From an uncultured Methanosarcinales archaeon (GTDB taxonomy: Archaea > Nanobdellota > Nanobdellia > Woesearchaeales > JASKKU01): DNA of 64,000 nucleotides. Positions 1 through 7,428 of this stretch are shown here, one piece after another. Each line of letters begins with the position of its first letter. Position 1 is the stretch's first letter. The notes beneath the pieces were generated by a model. It had not been told where the DNA came from. It ran no database searches and saw nothing but the letters and a program-made list of their open reading frames with translations. The position numbers were made by a program, and so were the translations under genes. The stretch lies in assembly GCA_964445165.1 (NCBI GenBank), contig CAYUJZ010000002.1, positions 1,737 to 65,736 on the forward strand, read 5' to 3'.

Positions 1-716
1 GCCATCAATTTTTCTTCTGGCTCTTCCAGTGGCACTAAAAAAGGAATAATGACTTCATGGTCTTCACCATCTCCAACTTTATTATACCTTATAATTGCCT
101 CAATATTTTTCCAGGTTGTGGAGATTTTTTTCTGACTTTCTCCGTCCTCATCACTTAAATAGCCTTCAACTGCAAAAAGAAACCTTTCCCCATATGTTTC
201 ATCCCTGAGCGGAACCTTTGTATCAATAAGATACTGAATCAGGCCTGATATTTCTCCGCCTTCAGAAACTTCCTCTGAGAAAGTTATCCTTGAGCAGATA
301 ACGCCGGCAAACCTCATGCCTGTAAAAAAATTATGATAAGGGTTAATTGTCCCTTTCTCAAGCATATCATGGCACCGGTAAAGCTCTTGGGCTATAATGT
401 CGCTGATAATCTCATCTCTTCTTTCCTCAAAGATATCGCCGTAATTAGCAACGCGCTGCCCGTCAATATAAACCGCTGACCTGGAGCCATCAATAGTAAC
501 GCTGTCATCAAATACCTGGACAAGCCTTGACTTGCAGTCAGCCAGCATAAGGCTTTTGCCCACAAACCTTATTTTGTCCCCTCCAGCCGCAGTTACCCTG
601 CATATCTGCTCATCGGTCATAAAAAAGCTCATAAGCGAGCCCTGGTCAAAAAGAATTGTCAGTAAGACAAACACAATCAAAACAAGCAGAATCCTCGCCA
701 AGGTTGAATGAGCCAT
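1..716 (-). CDS. hypothetical membrane-anchored protein (partial; C-terminus beyond window edge)
   Basis: Continuous minus-strand ORF from the ATG at 716 to position 1. Begins MAHSTLARILLVLIVFVLLTILF (N-terminal hydrophobic anchor) and continues without stops (…DEQICRVTAAGGDKIRF…). No family recognised. Confidence 0.4.
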   Translation of the reverse strand, partial: MAHSTLARILLVLIVFVLLTILFDQGSLMSFFMTDEQICRVTAAGGDKIRFVGKSLMLADCKSRLVQVFDDSVTIDGSRSAVYIDGQRVANYGDIFEERRDEIISDIIAQELYRCHDMLEKGTINPYHNFFTGMRFAGVICSRITFSEEVSEGGEISGLIQYLIDTKVPLRDETYGERFLFAVEGYLSDEDGESQKKISTTWKNIEAIIRYNKVGDGEDHEVIIPFLVPLEEPEEKLM

Positions 717-919
717 TTTAGCCTAAAAACCCCCGAATTACCGAAGAAATGATTATTATTGCCAGTACAAAAAGGATTGTCATTAATACAATCTCAACCC
801 AGCTTATACCTTTCTTGGATTTCACGCTTTCATTTTTAAATCAGGGGTTTATTAAATTTGTGGTTGAGAGAATCTTATTAAGAAAAAGCTTTTAAACTAT
901 AAAAAGTCACTCTTTTGGT

Positions 920-1894
920 ATGGTTACTTCAGAGATGTCATATGCTATAATTGAAAACCTGCTTTGCAGCCCTAAGAAAAGGGAGATTGTTGAGCTAATG
1001 ACAGAGTATATTCCAGGTGCAAGGGTTTTCTCCATAATTAGCACGCAGGACCTTGCATCAAAGATGAAAGAGATAAAAAGCTATGACCCCGACATTATTC
1101 TTTCAGTTGGCGGGGATGGAACTGCACATAATGTGCTCAACCAGATGTTTCAGGAAGGGCTTGAGAAAAAGATTTTTGGGTTGGTTCCTGCTGGCTCTGG
1201 GAATGACTTTTCAATGTATGGATTAGGCATGAGTGTTCCTAGCACTAAATCAAAGAAAGCGATTTTTAGAAGCATAGATGATTATATTTATCCGGATACA
1301 AAGCAGGTTGATGTTGGCTTGTTTAAAGCGGAATATGAGAGGATTGTGCTTAACAGCGTTGGGTTTGGCTATACTGCTGAGATTGCTTTTAACTCCCAGG
1401 ATTACTATCACTTTGGAAGGCTGAGGTATCTTGCTGCCGGGCTTGCAAGCTTTATGAACGGGCTAGGCAACTATGCTTCTAGGCTTGAGGAAGTAAAAAT
1501 AAACGGCAAGGATAGGGATATGCCGGATAAAAACCTGATTACGCTCGTTATGAACTCCAAGGCTTCAGGAGGCGGTCTTATGTTTAACCCTATAGGAAGT
1601 GTTTGCGATGGGGTGTTTTCTTTTATAACCCTGAAAGAGGTTGGCAAAGGAGAGCTTGCAAAGCTGCTCTGGCAGGTTATTAAAAAAAAGCAGTTCTACA
1701 AAGACTGGAATGTGATGTATAACGGCGATGTAAGTAAGGTTAGCGTGGCTTCTGATACCTTGAGGCTGGTTGAGCTTGATGGGGAGATTCTTCCGGCAAC
1801 AAAAAGATTCAGTGTGGAAGTGCTCCCTGCCAAGGTTAGAATGATTACTAAAAAATCAGAAAAGCATTCTCAGGACAGATTGACCTTTGCCTGA
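920..1894 (+). CDS. diacylglycerol/lipid kinase catalytic-domain protein (DAGK_cat, YegS/BmrU-like)
   Basis: ORF-track protein with LSVGGDGTAHNVLN (the GGDG ATP-binding motif of DAGK_cat lipid kinases) and a glycine-rich GLVPAGSGNDF segment. 324 aa. Confidence 0.6.
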   Translation: MVTSEMSYAIIENLLCSPKKREIVELMTEYIPGARVFSIISTQDLASKMKEIKSYDPDIILSVGGDGTAHNVLNQMFQEGLEKKIFGLVPAGSGNDFSMYGLGMSVPSTKSKKAIFRSIDDYIYPDTKQVDVGLFKAEYERIVLNSVGFGYTAEIAFNSQDYYHFGRLRYLAAGLASFMNGLGNYASRLEEVKINGKDRDMPDKNLITLVMNSKASGGGLMFNPIGSVCDGVFSFITLKEVGKGELAKLLWQVIKKKQFYKDWNVMYNGDVSKVSVASDTLRLVELDGEILPATKRFSVEVLPAKVRMITKKSEKHSQDRLTFA

Positions 1895-2410
1895 TTCAAT
1901 CTCTTCTTTTGTTAAGCCTTTAAACTCATGCGGGAATACGAGCCACTTATCTGTTTCGTGGATGTAGTAATCAGGGGTTATGCTTGTCTCGTTGTTCTCA
2001 GGCTTGTAGTAAAGCATTGCTGTCTTGATTTCCTTTGGGCAGTTTTCTCCTGAATCTGCTTTTAGTTTTTCTATAAGTGCCTTGATACTTAGGCCTGTGT
2101 CAAAAACGTCATCTACGATAAGGATTTTATCATCTTTCTTTACTCTTTTTGTTATGTAGCTCAGCCCGAAGATGTCTACTTTTGCCTTGTGCTTGTCTTC
2201 ACGGTTGTAGCCTGAAGTGCGTATTGCAATGTGGTCTGTGGGTATGCCCCAGAAATCCAGGGCTTCCTGAACGATGCAGCCCGGGAATGCCCCACCTCTC
2301 CATAACCCAATCAGATAATCCGGCCTGAAGCCTGATTCTTTTATCTTTCTTGCCAGAAGGACTGAATCTGTATAGAAATCACCTAAACTAACGAAAAGCT
2401 TGCCTGCCAT
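1856..2410 (-). CDS. purine (hypoxanthine/guanine-type) phosphoribosyltransferase
   Basis: Type I PRTase PRPP-binding motif KILIVDDVFDTGLS. 184 aa, the typical size for archaeal HGPRT. Confidence 0.6.
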   Translation of the reverse strand: MAGKLFVSLGDFYTDSVLLARKIKESGFRPDYLIGLWRGGAFPGCIVQEALDFWGIPTDHIAIRTSGYNREDKHKAKVDIFGLSYITKRVKKDDKILIVDDVFDTGLSIKALIEKLKADSGENCPKEIKTAMLYYKPENNETSITPDYYIHETDKWLVFPHEFKGLTKEEIESGKGQSVLRMLF

Positions 2411-2447
2411 GTTTTATGTGGAAGGCTGCTGCTTTTATTTTTTTTGG

Positions 2448-2573
2448 TTTGAGATAAGCGCCAGGGGAGGGATTCGAACCCCCGCTCCCAAAGGGACAGG
2501 CTCTCAAGGCCTGCGCAATACCAGACTATGCGACCCTGGCTCAGGCAGAAGAGTCTAGCGAAGCTTTATAAGG
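2448..2573. repeat. 126-bp direct repeat, copy 1 (whole tRNA-Ser gene plus both flanks)
   Basis: Bases 2448-2573 (tttgagataagcgccagggg…gaagctttataagg) are identical to 4286-4411. Confidence 0.9.
2459..2540 (-). tRNA. tRNA-Ser (anticodon UGA), copy 1
   Basis: Reverse complement folds as a tRNA. Acceptor stem GCCAGGG/CCCTGGC is 7 bp. T-loop is TTCGAAT. Anticodon stem CAGGC/GCCTG with loop CTTGAGA gives anticodon TGA. A 13-nt variable arm (TCCCTTTGGGAGC) marks a class II tRNA. A TATA-like TTATAAAG sits about 25 nt upstream on the minus strand. Confidence 0.75.
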
Positions 2574-2591
2574 AATATTAAAAACAAAAAG

Positions 2592-4262
2592 TTAATCATT
2601 ACACCTACTTGAGTTAATAAGGAATAAATATGGCAAATCGGTATCCTGAAATAATTCAGTACAATTCATAAAATTTTTATAGAGAGAAATCCTTTCAAGA
2701 CTACTATAAATTGCTGTTATATTTCTCTTCAGAATGTATTGATCTAACGAATGATTATAAATATTTAATGCTGCTTGATGATTTACCACACCATCAAGAT
2801 TAACAACATTGAAAGATGAGAAAAAAGACAATCTCCCTGAATCAAAAGAACCAATTATTAAACTGTCATCAAACCTTAATTCAAGCTCTTTTAACTTTTC
2901 AAAGAAATCGGATTCTTCTTTATTGATTAGTATTAGATAGGAAGTCAGAAAACCTGAAATTACAATTAAAAAACATAAAATAAACCTCGAAGAAGAACTA
3001 AAGGATAATATTTGTCTTCTAGATACAAGAATCAAAGAGATTAGAATCAAAAAAGAGGGCGTAAGAATGTACCATATTTGAAAATGGGATATATAAAAAA
3101 TATAAAAAAAGGCCATTGCAAAGCCCAATAAAGCAAAAAACCAACAATTTCGAAAATCGTAACTAGTTGCTGGCTTAAATAACTTAACTAAAAGAATAAC
3201 ACAAAAAAGGAAGATCATAATTGATATGGAAAAATCAGTAAAGTTACTTCCAGCAAAACGAATTGGATCAAAATAAAAGCCTGGAAGCAGAAAAAGAGAT
3301 AAGAAGCAACAAAAAAACATTAAAAGATTCCCAATGTTTTTTTTATCTAAAAAAGTCTTCCTGGAAAAAGAAGGAAAGTTAATAAAAATTAAAGGAAATA
3401 ACAAAATCGAACCAAAAATGCTTAAGAACTTAAGTGGCCATACTGCTAAATTTGTCATTTTAGCCAAGTTTTGATGATTGTATGTTTCTCTATAAGAAAG
3501 AACCTTGCCTGATTCTTGCATAAATGAACCGAAATTCAAGTATGAGTACACAAACCAAGGGCTAATTAATATTAAAAAAAACAAAAAAGATAGCATAAAT
3601 TTTTTAATTTGATCTTTTGAAAGAACAATCCTTCTATTCTTATATAAATAAAAAAGGAAACATAAAAAGATGGGTATAATTGTATCACTTCTTGAGAGAA
3701 AACTCAATGCACCAAAAACACCAAGCAGAATAAAAAAGTATAATTTTTTATTTTCTGAATTTAACAGCTTTACAAAAAGATACAAAAACAAAGAAAAGAA
3801 GAATAATGCAAGAGGGGTTTCTACTCCTTGTTTAGAAATAAAAAAAACAAGAGGACTGGAAACCCATATTAAAAGGAACAATAAAGAAATAAAGTTGTTT
3901 CGTATTGTATTTTTTATAATTAAGTATCCAATAACTCCAGAACCTATGATTAAACAATGCATAAGTAAATGAGAAAGGATTTGAATTGCATTTTCCGATA
4001 AACCTGAAAAATTATAAATGAAAATCAAATACAAAAGGTACAGAGGATGGAAACCATTTGTTGTTGAGAAGCCATCACTGGTAATGAAGCCAAATTTTTC
4101 ATAATTTCTTGCCAGAACAAGATAATAATAAAAATCGTCAGAAATAAAACTTTCTCTTGAAGAAGGTTCAAAAAAAAAGAGAAAAAAACCTGAAAAAGAA
4201 AAGTAAAAAATAATTGATATCAAAGCGATATAAAATAGACACTTTTTTTCTTTTTTATTCAA
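2592..4262 (-). CDS. polytopic membrane protein, GT-C-fold glycosyltransferase-like (PMT/ArnT/YfhO-like), on a low-GC island
   Basis: 556 aa with more than 12 predicted TM helices. An N-terminal short loop is followed by a long hydrophobic core and a C-terminal soluble domain (…VVNLDGVVNHQAAL…). Composition is dominated by F/L/I/K/N/S/Y. Local GC is about 25-27% (hand count of 60-nt lines) against about 47% in the flanks. Confidence 0.45.
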   Translation of the reverse strand: MNKKEKKCLFYIALISIIFYFSFSGFFLFFFEPSSRESFISDDFYYYLVLARNYEKFGFITSDGFSTTNGFHPLYLLYLIFIYNFSGLSENAIQILSHLLMHCLIIGSGVIGYLIIKNTIRNNFISLLFLLIWVSSPLVFFISKQGVETPLALFFFSLFLYLFVKLLNSENKKLYFFILLGVFGALSFLSRSDTIIPIFLCFLFYLYKNRRIVLSKDQIKKFMLSFLFFLILISPWFVYSYLNFGSFMQESGKVLSYRETYNHQNLAKMTNLAVWPLKFLSIFGSILLFPLIFINFPSFSRKTFLDKKNIGNLLMFFCCFLSLFLLPGFYFDPIRFAGSNFTDFSISIMIFLFCVILLVKLFKPATSYDFRNCWFFALLGFAMAFFYIFYISHFQIWYILTPSFLILISLILVSRRQILSFSSSSRFILCFLIVISGFLTSYLILINKEESDFFEKLKELELRFDDSLIIGSFDSGRLSFFSSFNVVNLDGVVNHQAALNIYNHSLDQYILKRNITAIYSSLERISLYKNFMNCTELFQDTDLPYLFLINSSRCND

Positions 4263-4285
4263 TATTTGTCCCTCTCTTTAAGCGT

Positions 4286-4411
4286 TTTGAGATAAGCGCC
4301 AGGGGAGGGATTCGAACCCCCGCTCCCAAAGGGACAGGCTCTCAAGGCCTGCGCAATACCAGACTATGCGACCCTGGCTCAGGCAGAAGAGTCTAGCGAA
4401 GCTTTATAAGG
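4286..4411. repeat. 126-bp direct repeat, copy 2
   Basis: Identical to 2448-2573. Its last 19 bp encode the C-terminus (…LIKLR) and TAG stop of the HAD gene at 4393-5001. Confidence 0.9.
4297..4378 (-). tRNA. tRNA-Ser (anticodon UGA), copy 2
   Basis: Sequence identical to copy 1, with the same upstream TATA-like element. Confidence 0.75.
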
Positions 4412-5001
4412 TTTTTTCTTTGGGCAAGGTAAACCTCTGAGAATTCTTTCATCAGGGGCTTGTCTCCCTTGCCATCGGTGTAGAGTATTATGTGCTTGCC
4501 CTGGAAGCCTCCAAGGTGCTGCCTTAGGCGCCTGAGCTTTTCTTTGCCATAGCAATTTTTGCCGTCAAGCCTGCCTGTAAACTTATTGTCTTTAAACTCG
4601 AGCTTTGTTGCGATGACCTCTTTTATGCCTAATGAATCTGCAAAGGGCTGCACCCAGTTTTCTATGGAAGCGGTTGCGATGATAACCCTGTTTTTCTTTT
4701 CAACATGGAAATTTATTTTTTCAAGTATTTTTTTGTTTAGGCGCTTTTGCATCCTGGCGTGGAACTTCCTGCACTTTTCATTGAAATAATCCAGGGTTGT
4801 ATTCCTGAAGAAGAAGCTAAGCAGGATCTCCTTTGCCCTAGAGTTTGTGATAAGCCCAAGCCTGTATGAGATAAAAACAGGAGAGAGAAGTGCAACACCG
4901 GATAAAAACTTAAAAGGCCCATAGTTAAATATAAGAAAAGCATACAGGGAATCCGTATTAATTATTGTCTCGTCAAAATCAAAGACCGCTATCTTTTCCA
5001 T
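4393..5001 (-). CDS. HAD-superfamily hydrolase (phosphoserine-phosphatase-like, HAD-IB)
   Basis: N-terminal HAD motif I VFDFDETII (DxDxT), a cap-domain segment, and C-terminal motifs GDGKGD…TDG. 202 aa. The 3' end lies inside repeat copy 2. Confidence 0.65.
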   Translation of the reverse strand: MEKIAVFDFDETIINTDSLYAFLIFNYGPFKFLSGVALLSPVFISYRLGLITNSRAKEILLSFFFRNTTLDYFNEKCRKFHARMQKRLNKKILEKINFHVEKKNRVIIATASIENWVQPFADSLGIKEVIATKLEFKDNKFTGRLDGKNCYGKEKLRRLRQHLGGFQGKHIILYTDGKGDKPLMKEFSEVYLAQRKNLIKLR

Positions 5002-5007
5002 TTTTGC

Positions 5008-6144
5008 TCAGTAAGGGTCCCATTCCTTGATTTCTTCATACTTAGGGAACTTGCCGTAGGGGTACTGCTTAAAAAGCTTTCCCCACTCGGTTTTGTTGAA
5101 CTGGGCTATCTTCTTTTTTCCTGTGGTTGGGTACCACAAGGAGTCGTGGTAAAAGCCTGATGCGAATATAAACATCTTGAACAAGGGTGAATGGAAAAGA
5201 AGGTTGTGGAGCCATTTTATGTTTGATGTGCCTTTCCTTATCCTCTGGTCCCACTTGATTACCAGGCTCTTTTTTGTCTGGAAGCCAAAGTTTAGCCTTT
5301 TGAACTCGCTTTCCGGCATTCCAAGGATTTTTATCCTGTTAAGGCCTGCGTTTCCCAGGCCTGCGTCATCTGCCAGCTTAAGGTACTTGATTCTCAGTGG
5401 GTCAAAGCCCATGATTTTTGCTGCAACTGCATCAATGGCAACCTGGTCGTCACCTGCAAGGATTATGTTTCCTATGTAGGGCTCCATTACCCTGGGGCCT
5501 GCGCCGTCCCCGCATACTGTGCCGTCCATAACCGCAAAGACACTGCTGTGGATTTCTTTCTGTATTGAGAGAAGGTCTACCAGGACTTCATGTATCTTTT
5601 TGTGGGCATGGTGCCTGTACTTTGGGATTAAGCCGCCGAAAGCGTTTTTCATAGCGCCTGTGGTTGTGGTGTGGCCGTGGGTTTTTACAGTAGGGAGGTG
5701 AACTACATTTGAGCCGAAGAACATTTTAGGCACCAGAATCTCGCCGAAAAGGTCTTTCATTGCGAGCATTTTTGACTTTGGCCTGTGGGTTACCCACTCG
5801 ACGTCAGTAAGGGGCTGGTACTTAACCCCGTACTTTTTTAGCATAGGGAGCCATTTGTTGTCGTAGGCGCCTTTCCAGGGGTGTGTGACAACAGTCTGGT
5901 TCTCAACGCCTACTATCTTTTCATAGCCGTCTTTTTTAAGTGTCCTGAGAAGGCCTTCGAGCTGCCAGGGCTGGGTTGAGCAGGCTGGGTAGTAGAGGCT
6001 CCAGGAAAGGTTGAGCTTTATAATGGTCTCTGCTGTCTTTTTTATGATTTTTTCGTATGCACAGAGATGCAGGAGCTTTTCGTAATCATCAAGAACTGTC
6101 TCTGGCGATGTCCTTAGTACCGCAACTTTGCTTTGCATTTTCAT
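5008..6144 (-). CDS. DUF362-like protein
   Basis: 378 aa with IIKLNLSW…P segments and MDGTVCGDGAGP, which is reminiscent of DUF362-family proteins. The match is from memory, not a search. Confidence 0.4.
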   Translation of the reverse strand: MKMQSKVAVLRTSPETVLDDYEKLLHLCAYEKIIKKTAETIIKLNLSWSLYYPACSTQPWQLEGLLRTLKKDGYEKIVGVENQTVVTHPWKGAYDNKWLPMLKKYGVKYQPLTDVEWVTHRPKSKMLAMKDLFGEILVPKMFFGSNVVHLPTVKTHGHTTTTGAMKNAFGGLIPKYRHHAHKKIHEVLVDLLSIQKEIHSSVFAVMDGTVCGDGAGPRVMEPYIGNIILAGDDQVAIDAVAAKIMGFDPLRIKYLKLADDAGLGNAGLNRIKILGMPESEFKRLNFGFQTKKSLVIKWDQRIRKGTSNIKWLHNLLFHSPLFKMFIFASGFYHDSLWYPTTGKKKIAQFNKTEWGKLFKQYPYGKFPKYEEIKEWDPY

Positions 6145-6185
6145 TCAGGATGGGGATGGCTGGCTCTTTTAAATGTTTTCAAAAG

Positions 6186-7055
6186 CTAGCCCAGGATAGC
6201 GAAGCCATTGGTGTAGTAGAATGCAAAGAGCATGTAAACAAACCAAAGGAACAGGGAAGAGAGAAGAACCTTGTCCCTCACCAGCAGGCGCTCTATAGAC
6301 TCAACATTGTGTTTTTTTAAGTTAAGGTAGAGGTATCTCAGGAGCGCAAGCACCACAAAAAAAAGCGAGTACATCACCATCTCTGAGTGCGCGCCCAGGA
6401 TGCAGTAGATTGCATAAAACACTATGCAGGAGGTTACTGACAAAACCAGCATCGCATCCAAGATGCCTTCAGTATATGACTCAAGGACTTTTCTTTTGTT
6501 TTTTATGTGAACCAGCTCTGACTTCCTCTTCCCTACTGCAAGCATCAGCGCCAGGAAGAATGTGGCGAAAACAATCCAGGGAGTAATCTTGATGTTGACA
6601 GGGATTCCTCCGGCGAGTATCCTTATCACGAAGAGAAACCCAACGAGAAACACATCAAATACCGGGATATGCTTCAGCCTGAAGCTGTAGAGCAGGTTTA
6701 TGCCAATGTAGGCGAAGATTATCAGGGATGCTGTAAAATGCAGCCTTGAGAGGACTGCCAGCATAAAGATTCCCAGCAGGCAGGCAAGTGCAAGCGCCTC
6801 AAGGGTGCTTACTTTTCCTGAGGCAATCGGCCTTTTTGACTTTATGGGGTGAAGCCTGTCTTTTTCTTTGTCTGCTATGTCATTAACTATGTAGACAATG
6901 CTGGAAGCAAAAGAAAAAGCCAGAAAAACCAGAAACACGCTTATAAACAGGGGTATGTTGGTGATGTTCTCAGAGAAGAAAAGAGGCGCAAAGATTACTG
7001 CGTTCTTGTAAAAATGCGAAACCCTGAGGCACTTTATGTAGCTTAAAACTTTCAT
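6186..7055 (-). CDS. UbiA-family prenyltransferase (DGGGP-synthase-like / polyprenyl-phosphate phosphoribosyltransferase-like)
   Basis: UbiA Asp-rich motif NDIADKEKDRLHPIKSKRPIASGKVS. 289 aa with 8-9 TM helices. Confidence 0.7.
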   Translation of the reverse strand: MKVLSYIKCLRVSHFYKNAVIFAPLFFSENITNIPLFISVFLVFLAFSFASSIVYIVNDIADKEKDRLHPIKSKRPIASGKVSTLEALALACLLGIFMLAVLSRLHFTASLIIFAYIGINLLYSFRLKHIPVFDVFLVGFLFVIRILAGGIPVNIKITPWIVFATFFLALMLAVGKRKSELVHIKNKRKVLESYTEGILDAMLVLSVTSCIVFYAIYCILGAHSEMVMYSLFFVVLALLRYLYLNLKKHNVESIERLLVRDKVLLSSLFLWFVYMLFAFYYTNGFAILG

Positions 7056-7428
7056 TAAGCAGTAGATAAAAGTGTGCTTTAAATGTTTTTCGCCGGGTTT
7101 TTGCTGAAAAAGAAGAGCTTAATTGACTTCAGCAAATTATTCAGAAAAAGAGGAATTATCCAGAAAAAAGCCTACTCCTTTAGCCACAATTTTCTGCTTA
7201 AATTCAGAGCTGTCAAACAGCTTTTTCTGCTCAGGCGTTAAATCCTGGCCACACTTTGCCTCATTTAAATATGTTGCGTTTATCAAACGCAACTTTTATA
7301 ACTGTTGGGAAAACGCTTAATTCCCTGAGTTCTAGCTGATTCCTGAAAAATAACAAAAATTTTAAATAACATCCCAAAACCTGACTCTTATCTGGATTCG
7401 TTCCGGGCTGCAGTTAGGGGGCTTAAAA

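Noticed and set aside
718-825. 35-codon minus-strand ORF (GTG start) encoding a single hydrophobic helix (…MTILFVLAIIIISSVIRGFLG) downstream of the first gene
   Set aside because: It is too short and uses a non-ATG start. It could be a genuine small membrane peptide, but the sequence alone gives no support. Not called.
2459-2540. Possibility that the duplicated tRNA is tRNA-Sec or a suppressor, given its long variable arm
   Set aside because: The anticodon read from the loop CTTGAGA is TGA (UGA, decoding UCN serine codons), not TCA. The acceptor stem is 7 bp. This is an ordinary class II tRNA-Ser.
3670-3972. 100-aa plus-strand ORF inside the low-GC island
   Set aside because: It is antisense to the 556-aa membrane protein gene. 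It is lysine- and asparagine-rich, driven by AT-rich sequence. Spurious.
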